Source: an uncultured delta proteobacterium (GTDB lineage Bacteria > Myxococcota_A > Polyangia > Polyangiales > Houyiibacteriaceae). Taken from it: a stretch of 64,000 bases of DNA. Under the pieces are notes generated by a model. That model ran no database searches. It was not told the DNA's origin and worked only from the letters and a program-made list of their open reading frames with translations. Location of the stretch: positions 64,001-128,000 of the forward strand of contig CAVOVB010000008.1 in assembly GCA_963699755.1 (NCBI GenBank), given 5' to 3'. Position numbers and translations under genes: made by a program. Numbering within the stretch: the first letter of the stretch is position 1; each line of letters opens with the position of its first letter. Positions 9,921-18,867 of the stretch are shown here, piece after piece.

Positions 9921-10601
9921 CTAGCCGCCGAGCTTTGCTTTCAGAGCCGCGAGCTCGTCGTCGACGTTCTCTTCTCGCTCGTCGGACTCGAGGGCACGGA
10001 AGCGCACGTCGAGCTCGACGCGCTTGGGGTCTTCCAGGATTTCGTGAGCTTCGACTTCGGCGTCCAACTGGTCGATTTGATCAGCCATGCGTTCTAGATC
10101 GGTGAACGCGCCTCCGCCAAGCCGGTCGCCGCTCGCGAGAGCCGGGTCGGGCTTCTGAATCCGCGCCTGGCGCACCTGGGCGGCCAGTGTTTTCTGCCTG
10201 GCCTTGAGGTCGTCGAGCTTCTCCTCGATTCGCTCGAGCTGCGCCTTCATCGCGTCGGCGGCGCTTGCCTGCTGGGCGGCTCGCTCTCGCACGTTCTGGG
10301 CTTCTTTCAGTGTGCGTGCTTTTCGCCGCAGCGCTTCCCGCGCAAGCTCGTCGTCGTCTTGTTCGAGGGCGAGGATCGCTTTTCGCTCCCAGCCGGCCGC
10401 TTCCTGCGAGAGCTCTTCCTCCTTCTTGTCGAGGCGTTTCGCGCTCCCGACGGCCTCGATCAGGTCCTTGCGAGCGCGTTTGAGAGCGGATTTCATGTCG
10501 GTCACGGTTTGACCGATCATTTTCTCTGGGTCTTCCGCGTGTTCGACTAGCGCGTTCAGATTGGATTTGATCACTCGGTTGAGCCGACTGAAGATGCCCA
10601 T
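9921..10601 (-). CDS. pspA: PspA/IM30 (bacterial ESCRT-III-like) family protein
   Basis: MGIFSRLNRVIKSNLNALVEHAEDPEKMIGQ, coiled coil, DELAREAL, VDDELAALKAKL; start set at ATG 10601 behind a G-rich RBS. Confidence 0.92.
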   Translation of the reverse strand: MGIFSRLNRVIKSNLNALVEHAEDPEKMIGQTVTDMKSALKRARKDLIEAVGSAKRLDKKEEELSQEAAGWERKAILALEQDDDELAREALRRKARTLKEAQNVRERAAQQASAADAMKAQLERIEEKLDDLKARQKTLAAQVRQARIQKPDPALASGDRLGGGAFTDLERMADQIDQLDAEVEAHEILEDPKRVELDVRFRALESDEREENVDDELAALKAKLGG

Positions 10602-10700
10602 CTCCCCCCCTACCGGGCTCAGGATCCCACGGGGAGGGCCCCCTGTAAAGGGAGGGAGGTTTCTCGACTTCCATCTTCTGTCTGTGCTAGCTGAGGACCT

Positions 10701-11666
10701 ATGCTGAAGGGGGCGCATGTCCTTATTACAGGGGGTGCGGGATTCATCGGAACCGCGCTGAGTGAACGTCTCGCGAAGGATAACCGCGTTCGCGTTCTGG
10801 ATATCCTGCGCCGAAACGCGCTTTCCAAAGCTGGCCTCGACCGCCATCCCAACGTGGAGCTCGTCGTCGGCGACGTCCGTGATATGACCGCCGTTCGCCG
10901 CGCCGTAGCCGGCTGTGACTACGTGATCCACATGGCCTCGATTGCCGGGGTTGACACGGTTTTGAAGAACCCCGTCATGACGATGGAGATTTCGCTCGAA
11001 GGCACGATGAACGTGCTTCGTGCGGCCAACGACTGTCACGGAATCAAGCGGGTGATCGATTTTTCTACCAGCGAGGTGTTCGGCTCGTATGCGTTTCGCG
11101 TCAGAGAGGCCGACGTCACCAGCCTGGGCGCGGTTGGCGAAGCCCGCTGGACCTACGCCGTGAGCAAGCTCGCGACGGAGCATCTTGCGCACAACTACTG
11201 GAAGCAGTTCAACTTGCCGACGGTTTCGATTCGCCCGTTCAACATCTTCGGGCCCGGGCAAGTCGGAGAGGGTGCTGTGCACGCGTTTGTGGTGCGCGCG
11301 CTTCAGGATGAGAAGATCCTCATCCACAACGAGGGCGACCAGATCCGATCTTGGTGTTACATCGACGACATCGTCGATGCGATCGAGCTTGCCATGGAGC
11401 GGGAGGCGGCCATTGGCGAGAGCTTCAACATCGGCAACCCTCGAAGCACGGTCACCATCTACCAGCTCGCACGGCTGATCGTGCGTCTCGCCGAGAGCAA
11501 GTCTCCGATCGAGTTCGTTGACTGGGACTTTCCCGACGTCGAGCTTCGCATCCCGGACGTAAAAAAGGCCGAGGAGCTCTTGGGCTTCAGGGCACAGGTG
11601 GAGCTCGAACAGGGGCTGCTCCGTACGATCGAATGGTACCGGCGTAAGCTCAGCGGCGAGGCCTGA
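10701..11666 (+). CDS. NAD-dependent epimerase/dehydratase (extended SDR, nucleotide-sugar)
   Basis: ITGGAGFIG, FSTSEVFG, YAVSK catalytic motif, RPFNIFGPGQ, RSWCYIDD. Confidence 0.9.
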   Translation: MLKGAHVLITGGAGFIGTALSERLAKDNRVRVLDILRRNALSKAGLDRHPNVELVVGDVRDMTAVRRAVAGCDYVIHMASIAGVDTVLKNPVMTMEISLEGTMNVLRAANDCHGIKRVIDFSTSEVFGSYAFRVREADVTSLGAVGEARWTYAVSKLATEHLAHNYWKQFNLPTVSIRPFNIFGPGQVGEGAVHAFVVRALQDEKILIHNEGDQIRSWCYIDDIVDAIELAMEREAAIGESFNIGNPRSTVTIYQLARLIVRLAESKSPIEFVDWDFPDVELRIPDVKKAEELLGFRAQVELEQGLLRTIEWYRRKLSGEA

Positions 11667-11667
11667 G

Positions 11668-12765
11668 GTGTCCGACGCTCCTCCGCGGGTTTATGACTTG
11701 TCTGCGGCCCGTCCGGACGGCTGGTTCGAGGAGGTGCTCAAGCAGTCCCCGGACTTCGAAAAGGCCTGTCAGATCATCGGCCGCAACACGCTCGGCCTCG
11801 CCCTCATTGCCGGCGCGCGCATCTTGAGCCTCACCGCGAATCCACACACGCAGAACCTGACCCTGGTTGAATTCTCGATCGGCCCCGATCCGACTGTCAA
11901 GCAAGTGCAACTTCCCGAATTTCGAGAGACGGTTGCGCGATACTTGCTCGGACCGCTGCAGAATCAGGGCCTGCCCGCCCAAGCGGATATCGAGACGCTC
12001 CAGGCGCACATCGGAGGGCGCTACATGCTCGAAGCTTCTCTCTTCTACGTGGAGCCAATCGAGCTTCGACACGATCTCGGCCTCTCGGAGATTGCGGTTC
12101 GATTCAACGGGGTCGAGCACGTTCTGACGCTCGAGGATTTCAGAGAGGTCCTCGACGAGCGGGTGCGCTCAGAGCTCGGACTCGACGCTCCAAACGACTC
12201 TGCGATCGACCTTGCGGTCGTAGACCAGGCGGAGAAGGCGAACGCCCACGGCAATTGGGGCGCTACGATCGCCATGCTCAATCCCTGGCTCACGCCGATT
12301 TCCATGCTCTTGCGAACCGGGGAATCCCAGAGCCTCGCAGAGGAAGTCCACGGCCGCCTGTCGCTCAGCCTGGATCTGCTCGGCACCGCCTATGCCGAGA
12401 TTGGGGAGCTCGAGGCGGCCAACGAGGTCTTGCGTCTCGGGGTTCAGTGGGCAGGCGAATCTAGCAAGGCAGGGCCGCTGTTCCTCGCCCTGGGGCGAGC
12501 CTCCGTTGCAGGCGAGAAGCATGGTGAGTCGATAGGCTTGCTGCGGCGCGCGATTCGACTCGGCGCCGATGAGCGAGAGGCGTTGCCCCTCTTGGCCCGA
12601 TCATTGGCCGCCCGGAACCAGATTCTGGCGGCGATGGTCTGCTTCGAACGTGCCCGCGAGCTGGGCGCCGATGCCTCGGAGCTCGACGCGCCGAGGCAGG
12701 ACTTGGCCACACGTCTCGGCGATGCTTGGCCCCGCTTTCAGGCCTGGGTCAACGGCACCGAGTAG
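11668..12765 (+). CDS. Hypothetical protein with C-terminal TPR-like helices
   Basis: 365-aa ORF one base after the epimerase stop; LGTAYAEIGELEAANEVLRLG and LALGRASVAGEKHGESIGLLRRA are TPR-like. Confidence 0.65.
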   Translation: MSDAPPRVYDLSAARPDGWFEEVLKQSPDFEKACQIIGRNTLGLALIAGARILSLTANPHTQNLTLVEFSIGPDPTVKQVQLPEFRETVARYLLGPLQNQGLPAQADIETLQAHIGGRYMLEASLFYVEPIELRHDLGLSEIAVRFNGVEHVLTLEDFREVLDERVRSELGLDAPNDSAIDLAVVDQAEKANAHGNWGATIAMLNPWLTPISMLLRTGESQSLAEEVHGRLSLSLDLLGTAYAEIGELEAANEVLRLGVQWAGESSKAGPLFLALGRASVAGEKHGESIGLLRRAIRLGADEREALPLLARSLAARNQILAAMVCFERARELGADASELDAPRQDLATRLGDAWPRFQAWVNGTE

Positions 12766-12808
12766 TCGCTTTACATTGGCACCTAGGCTTCGTACCGTAC
12801 CGGCTCGG

Positions 12809-14308
12809 ATGTCGGGCTTTCTTCTGTCTATCGATCAGGGAACCACTGGTTCCACCGCTATGCTTCTATCTCCCGAAGGGGAGGTCTTAGGGCGCGCAAA
12901 CCACGAATTTCCACAGCATTTTCCCCATCCCGGCTGGGTCGAGCACGACCTGGACGAGATTTGGAAGAGCGTCGGCGATGCGGTGCGCGACGCGATCGAG
13001 CGTGCTGGGGTCCCCGGGACCGATTGCTTGGGCATCGGCATCACGAACCAGCGAGAGACGACCGTCCTTTGGGACCGGAAGACCGGCAAGGCCGTGCATA
13101 GGGCGATCGTCTGGCAGGACCGCCGCACCGCAGATCGCTGTCAGGAGCTCAAGGACGCTGGCAAAGAAGTGATGTTTCGCCAGCGAACCGGCCTGGTCCT
13201 CGATCCATATTTGGCTGGCACCAAGCTCGAATGGCTTCTCGACCACGTCGATGGCGCGCGCGCGCGCGCCGCCAAGGGCGAGCTGGCTTTTGGCACGATC
13301 GACTCCTGGCTGGTCTACCGCTTGTCGGGCGGCAAGGCGCACGTGACCGACGCGAGCAACGCGTCCCGCACCCTCTTTTACGACATCGGCAAAGGCCGTT
13401 GGGACGAGGAGCTCGCCGCGGTGTTGCGCGTGCCGATGGCCGTCCTGCCCGAAGTCCGGACCTGCTCTGAAGTGTATGCACACACGTCTAGCGTTCCCGG
13501 ATTGCCAGATGGGATTCCGATCGCCGGGATGGCCGGCGATCAGCAAGCGGCGCTGTTCGGACAGACCTGCTTCGAAGTCGGCGACGCGAAGTGTACATAC
13601 GGCACGGGGGCGTTCTTGCTGATGAACACCGGAACGAGCCCGGTGCACTCCGACAACGGGCTCCTCACGACGATCGCCTGGAGGCTCGGCGACCAAACCG
13701 TGTACGCCCTCGAGGGGAGCGCGTTCATCGCCGGTGCCGCCGTTCAGTGGTTGCGCGATGGACTCGGTCTGATCTCCTCCTCGGACGAGATCGAAAGCAA
13801 GGCACGGGAGGTCGATGAAACAGGGGACGTGGTGTTCGTACCTGCTTTGGCCGGTCTGGGAGCGCCATACTGGGACCCGCATGCGCGGGGCCTGATTTAT
13901 GGGCTTACGAGAGATACGACCGCCGCGCACTTGGCCCGCGCAACCCTCGAGGGAATCGCTTTCCAAATCGTCGACCTGGTCGATGCGATGCAGGCAGATG
14001 CCGATCGTCGAATCAAGCGTCTGAGGGTCGACGGTGGTGCGGCTCGCAATAACTTACTCATGCAATTTGAAGCGGACATGCTCGGGGTGACGATCGATCG
14101 TCCCGAGAACGTCGAAACGACTGGACTAGGAGCTGCTTACTTAGCTGGCATGGCCGTTGGCATATTCGATGGCCTAGATTCTGTTCTAGATGCTTACCGT
14201 ATCGAGCGTAGCTTTGAGCCTCAGGTCACCCAATCCGAACGAGACGGGCACTTGGAGCGATGGCGCGACGCGGTACGGCGGGCGCGAAGTGAGATGGGAA
14301 TAACATGA
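12809..14308 (+). CDS. glpK: Glycerol kinase
   Basis: SIDQGTTGS, GITNQRETT, IVWQDRRT, TDASNASRT, GDQQAALFGQ, KCTYGTGAF, RVDGGA. Confidence 0.96.
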   Translation: MSGFLLSIDQGTTGSTAMLLSPEGEVLGRANHEFPQHFPHPGWVEHDLDEIWKSVGDAVRDAIERAGVPGTDCLGIGITNQRETTVLWDRKTGKAVHRAIVWQDRRTADRCQELKDAGKEVMFRQRTGLVLDPYLAGTKLEWLLDHVDGARARAAKGELAFGTIDSWLVYRLSGGKAHVTDASNASRTLFYDIGKGRWDEELAAVLRVPMAVLPEVRTCSEVYAHTSSVPGLPDGIPIAGMAGDQQAALFGQTCFEVGDAKCTYGTGAFLLMNTGTSPVHSDNGLLTTIAWRLGDQTVYALEGSAFIAGAAVQWLRDGLGLISSSDEIESKAREVDETGDVVFVPALAGLGAPYWDPHARGLIYGLTRDTTAAHLARATLEGIAFQIVDLVDAMQADADRRIKRLRVDGGAARNNLLMQFEADMLGVTIDRPENVETTGLGAAYLAGMAVGIFDGLDSVLDAYRIERSFEPQVTQSERDGHLERWRDAVRRARSEMGIT

Positions 14309-15051
14309 ACGAGCATGATGTCGGGCAAGACAAGAAGAATGACGATGAGCTAGCTGTACCCGTAGCCTGGGAGGCCCTCGAGGACGCCTTTGAGAACAAC
14401 GCGCCGGAGGTGCACAGCTACCTGCACTTCGATACCGGTGAAGTGATCCGCATCGTCGACGGCGTTGCAGATCCGTCGATGCACACGCGCATCATGAACG
14501 ACGCTCGGTATCTTCGAATCGATCCGGTTTCCTCGCGTGAGCAGTATCGATGGATGGAGCGGTTCATCGCGACGGTCGAGGACGAGGAGCTCAGGCGCCG
14601 ACTCAACACCGCGATCGACGGAAAGGGCGCGTTCCGACGTTTCAAGGACGCGCTGATGAGTCATCCCGTCGATCGCGAGCGCTGGTTTGCGTTTCGGTCT
14701 GAGCGTCTACGTTCCTGCATGGAGTCCTGGCTGACCGCGCACGGGATCCACTCGGTCGAGCGGCCCACCTGGCACGTTCCGACGGCCCAAGAGGTTCTGC
14801 CGGCCGTCCCGTCCATCGAGGCGGACAATCGGGCAGAATCGATCGCGACACCGGCGATTCCACCGGTCGTTGGTGATGGACGCCGTAAACGGCTTCACAA
14901 GCTGGTCGACGGCCTTGCGGGCGCAGAGTTGGAGATGGCCCAGACCTACCTCGAGTTCCTCCGGGACCGCTCCCGTGCATCCCAGCCTCCGGCGAAGGCT
15001 GGATCCGAGCCGCCGCTTGCCACCGCTGCCAAGTCAGCCGGAAGCGACTGA
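14305..15051 (+). CDS. UPF0158-family protein with a Pro/Ala-rich C-terminal extension
   Basis: YLHFDTGEV, SREQYRWMERFI, AIDGKGAFRRFKD, ERWFAF; ATGA overlap with glpK. Confidence 0.8.
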   Translation: MNEHDVGQDKKNDDELAVPVAWEALEDAFENNAPEVHSYLHFDTGEVIRIVDGVADPSMHTRIMNDARYLRIDPVSSREQYRWMERFIATVEDEELRRRLNTAIDGKGAFRRFKDALMSHPVDRERWFAFRSERLRSCMESWLTAHGIHSVERPTWHVPTAQEVLPAVPSIEADNRAESIATPAIPPVVGDGRRKRLHKLVDGLAGAELEMAQTYLEFLRDRSRASQPPAKAGSEPPLATAAKSAGSD

Positions 15052-15095
15052 GAAGCCTCACCATCTTCGAGCATAGGCCGGCTTGCATCGGTAGA

Positions 15096-15111
15096 CCACA
15101 ACATGTAGTGG
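15096..15111. promoter_or_regulatory. NrdR-box-like palindrome upstream of smc
   Basis: CCACAACATGTAGTGG matches the acaCwAtATaTwGtg consensus. Confidence 0.55.
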
Positions 15112-15206
15112 GGGTCACGGGCTGACCCTCGCTTCTGGTGGCGTGAGCCATTGCAAATTCGTGTGTTCAGTGATAGCCACGTCCAACTACTCCTTTGGGG
15201 GGCAGA

Positions 15207-18200
15207 GTGAAGATCAAGAAGCTCCACATCGTTGGCTTCAAATCCTTCGTCGACCAGACGACGGTCCATTTCGACCACGACATCACCTGTGTCGTTGGAC
15301 CGAATGGTTGCGGCAAATCGAACATCGTCGACGCCATCAAATGGTGCATGGGCGAGCAGTCACCCTCCCGCCTCCGAGGCAAGCAGATGGAGGACGTCAT
15401 CTTCAGCGGGGCGGAGGGACGGGGGCCCCATGGCTTCGCCGAGGTCACGCTGACCTTCGACAACCAGGACGGCCTCGCCCCGCCTGACTACAGTGACTAC
15501 GCCGAAATACAGGTTACCAGGCGTCTCGATCGGCATGGCAACAGCGATTACCTGATCAATCGTACGCCGGTCCGGCTGCTCGACATCACCAACCTGTTCT
15601 TGGGGACCGGTGTCGGCAAGCGCGCCTACTCGATCATCGAGCAGGGCCGCATCGGGTTCATCGTGACCTCTAGGCCCGAGGACCGCCGCTCGATGATCGA
15701 AGAAGCCGCTGGCATCAGCAAGTTCAAGCTGAGCAAGCGCGCAGCCGAGCGCAAGATGGATCAAACGCGCCAAAATCTCCTGCGCGTAACGGACATCGTC
15801 GGCGAGCTCGAGCGCAGCCTCGCTTCGCTCAAGCGGCAGGCGCAGAAAGCCGAGCGCTACAAACGCTACAAGGCAGAAATGCGCGACCTCGACCTCTGGG
15901 TCGCGTCGCATCGGTTTCTGGAGCTCAGAGGGCAAATGGGCTCGGTCTCCGTTTCATTGTCGAAGGCAAGTGAGGACGTGCAAGCGAGCCGCCACTCCTT
16001 GATCGCAAAAGAAGCGTCCGTGGAAGCGGAGCGCGTTTCATTGCAGCGCTTGGGCGCGGAGGTCGAGCGCGGCCAAGCTCGGGCGTACGAGCTCGACAAC
16101 TCGGTTCGACAGCTCGAAGGATTGATTCGACAGCAACAGGATCGACAGGCGGCCTTGGTCGAACGCAAAGACCTCGCCAGTCGCGAGCTCCGCCAAATCG
16201 AAGAGCAACGAAAAGGCTTGCACGGAGAAGCATCGACGGTTCGGCTTGCACTGAGCGAGCTCGAGGCACGGGAAACCGAGGCCGGCCAGCTGCTGGCGGA
16301 GGTCGAGGCCGAGCTCCAGGCACGCAAAAACACCGCAGAACAAGCCGAGGTCGTTCTGCAGAACGCGCGCGGCCAACTGGCCGAAGGACGTGCCAGGGTC
16401 GCCGGGGCCGAAGCGGTTCTCGAAGGCTACGATGCGCGCCGCGAGGAAGCTCGCGCACGAATCGAGCGCCTCCGGGAGGAGTTGCAAGCGCTTGCGACGC
16501 GTGAGGTCGAGTTCAAGCAGCAGCGCGGCGAGCTCGAAGCGCGCATGAATGGATTGCGAAGCGGCAAGTCCGAGACCGCGGAACGCCGAATCGAAATCGA
16601 GAGCTCACTCTCGACCGGCAATGATGCATTGCACCAAGCCGATGGCGATGTGGAAGCACTTCGCGAGACGCTTGCCGTCACGAGCTCGAGGCTTCGATCG
16701 CTCGACGAGATTCACGAACGCTTCGAAGGGGTGGGTGCCGGCGCGCAGGCGGTGATGATGAGGTACGCGAGTGCATCTGGTTCGGGGCTGGTCGGTTTGG
16801 TCGCCGATCGCTTGGAGTGTGCGCCCGAGCACACGCGTGCCCTCGGTGCCGCCCTCGGTGGGGCGCTCGAATACTTGCTCGTCGATGACACCGATTCAGC
16901 GTTGCGCGCGGCCGAATACCTGGCGCGCGAGGAGAAAGGCCGGGCGACCTTCCTGCCGCGTTCGCCGATCGGCGGTCCTCGAGTCGTTCCACAATTTCCT
17001 ATCGGGATGGGCATCGTTGGGCCGCTCCTGAGTCTCATTCGGCACTCGCAGGCCGATGATGCCTGGGTGCGCTACCTCTTGTTCGACGCCTTGGTGGTCG
17101 ACAGCTTGGAGACGGCCGCTCGCATTCACCGTGAAGGCTTTCAGGGGAAGCTGGTCACGCTCGACGGCCAGGCCTTGCTCCGGGATGGGGCGGTGGTCGG
17201 TGGCGCCAAAGACGAGTCTGCGGCGCATCTGCTCCGGCTCAAGCGGGAGATCCGCGAGCTCGGAGAGGCGGCGGCCTCGCAAGGTGCGGCGCTCGAGCGG
17301 GCGATTGCCAATCAGGGTCAGCTTCGCGCTAGCATCGCCGAGCGACAGGCCGCCATCGATTCGGCGAGGACTCAGGCACATGACGCCGAATTGGAAATCC
17401 TCGGTGCGGAGCGTGACCTTCGGGTCGTCGAGATGGAGCTTCAGCGTGTCGAGGAGCGCCGACAGGAGATCGCCAACGCGGAGGCCGAGGGGCGGGCGGC
17501 TCTGTCCCAGATCGACCTCGACGAGGACAATACCAATCGCCAGCTGAGCGCGGCTCAGCACGACGTGACCCGTGCCCGAGAAGCCGTGCAGGTCGCCGAG
17601 AGCGTCCTCAGCGAACGCCGTCGAGTCGTCGAAGAGCAGTCCGCGAAAGCGACCGAGGTCAAGGTGGGCGCCACGCAGTCCCGTGAGCGGGCCGACCGCG
17701 AGCGTTCGGTTCTGGGGCAGCTGGATCGCGCGATCGCAGAGCTCGATACCCGCGAAGAGCGTCTGCGTGAGGACGTCGCCATCGCCGATCGCGATCAGGG
17801 CCAGGCCTCAGGGCGCATCCTCTTGCACCAAGGGCGGCTGGGCGAGATGGCTCACGAAGCAGCGCTGGCTCGGGACGCGCTCTCGCGGCAACGCGCGAGC
17901 TTGGACGAGGCTCAGGCGACACTCGGTGAATCAGAGGTCTCGCTCAAGCAGCTACGAGCGACCATCGATACGCAGTCCACCGAGCTCAACGAGCTGACGC
18001 TCCGCGAGCGAGAGCTGAGCTTGTCACTGGAGCACCTCGAAGAGCAGGTCCTCGACAAGCACCGCGTCGAGCTTGCCTACGTCATCGGCGACCACCATGT
18101 GCGGCCGGCGCCTGACGTCGAGGTCACTGCGCGCGCCGAAGAGCTGCAGCGGCTCGTCGACAACATGGGCGAAATCAACCTCACCGCAATCGAAGAGTAC

Positions 18201-18800
18201 GAAGAGAACGCTGCGCGTTACGAGTACCTCACCGGCCAACGCACGGACCTCGAGGACGCGCTCACCAAGCTCGAAAAAGCGATTCGGCAGATGAACCGAG
18301 AGAGCAGGGCGCTCTTCCGCGAGGCGTTCGCCGCGATCAACGAGCGCTTCAAGCGCATTTTCCCGATGCTCTTCCGCGGAGGCAAGGCCGAGCTCAGGCT
18401 CACCGATCCGCAGGACATGCTCGAAACAGGCGTGGAGATCATCGCACAGCCACCTGGCAAACGTCTCGGCTCGCTCGAGCTCATGAGCGGCGGGGAGAAG
18501 GCGCTCACCGCGGTCGCGCTGATTTTCGCAATCTTCCAATACAAGCCTAGCCCCTTCTGCTTGCTCGACGAGGTCGATGCCCCGCTCGACGAAGCGAACA
18601 TCGGCCGCTTCGCCGAAGCCATCCAGCAGATGACCGACCGATCTCAGTTCATCATCATCACGCACTCCAAGCGCACCATGGAATACGCCGACGTCCTCTA
18701 CGGCGTCACCATGGAACAGCCAGGCGTCTCCAAGCTCGTCTCCGTCGAGCTCCGCGGCGAAAAGCGACCTATCTCCCGAGCCGTGGAAGCCGCGGAGTAG
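15207..18800 (+). CDS. smc: Chromosome segregation protein SMC
   Basis: GFKSF, VGPNGCGKSNIVDA, coiled coils, hinge GRATFLP, MSGGEK, FCLLDEVDAPLD. Confidence 0.97.
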   Translation: MKIKKLHIVGFKSFVDQTTVHFDHDITCVVGPNGCGKSNIVDAIKWCMGEQSPSRLRGKQMEDVIFSGAEGRGPHGFAEVTLTFDNQDGLAPPDYSDYAEIQVTRRLDRHGNSDYLINRTPVRLLDITNLFLGTGVGKRAYSIIEQGRIGFIVTSRPEDRRSMIEEAAGISKFKLSKRAAERKMDQTRQNLLRVTDIVGELERSLASLKRQAQKAERYKRYKAEMRDLDLWVASHRFLELRGQMGSVSVSLSKASEDVQASRHSLIAKEASVEAERVSLQRLGAEVERGQARAYELDNSVRQLEGLIRQQQDRQAALVERKDLASRELRQIEEQRKGLHGEASTVRLALSELEARETEAGQLLAEVEAELQARKNTAEQAEVVLQNARGQLAEGRARVAGAEAVLEGYDARREEARARIERLREELQALATREVEFKQQRGELEARMNGLRSGKSETAERRIEIESSLSTGNDALHQADGDVEALRETLAVTSSRLRSLDEIHERFEGVGAGAQAVMMRYASASGSGLVGLVADRLECAPEHTRALGAALGGALEYLLVDDTDSALRAAEYLAREEKGRATFLPRSPIGGPRVVPQFPIGMGIVGPLLSLIRHSQADDAWVRYLLFDALVVDSLETAARIHREGFQGKLVTLDGQALLRDGAVVGGAKDESAAHLLRLKREIRELGEAAASQGAALERAIANQGQLRASIAERQAAIDSARTQAHDAELEILGAERDLRVVEMELQRVEERRQEIANAEAEGRAALSQIDLDEDNTNRQLSAAQHDVTRAREAVQVAESVLSERRRVVEEQSAKATEVKVGATQSRERADRERSVLGQLDRAIAELDTREERLREDVAIADRDQGQASGRILLHQGRLGEMAHEAALARDALSRQRASLDEAQATLGESEVSLKQLRATIDTQSTELNELTLRERELSLSLEHLEEQVLDKHRVELAYVIGDHHVRPAPDVEVTARAEELQRLVDNMGEINLTAIEEYEENAARYEYLTGQRTDLEDALTKLEKAIRQMNRESRALFREAFAAINERFKRIFPMLFRGGKAELRLTDPQDMLETGVEIIAQPPGKRLGSLELMSGGEKALTAVALIFAIFQYKPSPFCLLDEVDAPLDEANIGRFAEAIQQMTDRSQFIIITHSKRTMEYADVLYGVTMEQPGVSKLVSVELRGEKRPISRAVEAAE

Positions 18801-18867
18801 GGGACAGTCTCCCCTCACAAACCACCGAAATCGCAGCGTGCCTAAGGCAAGGGTTGCAGCGAGGATG

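Noticed and set aside
10602..11327. 468-aa version of the pspA ORF, suggesting an N-terminal fusion
   Set aside because: The extension is the antisense shadow of the epimerase gene; PspA homology begins at MGIFSRL (10601) behind an RBS
12569..12808. N-terminal extensions of glpK, murE, murD, murG, purQ, pyrB and pyrR in the ORF track
   Set aside because: They overlap upstream genes or intergenic DNA; family homology starts at later start codons
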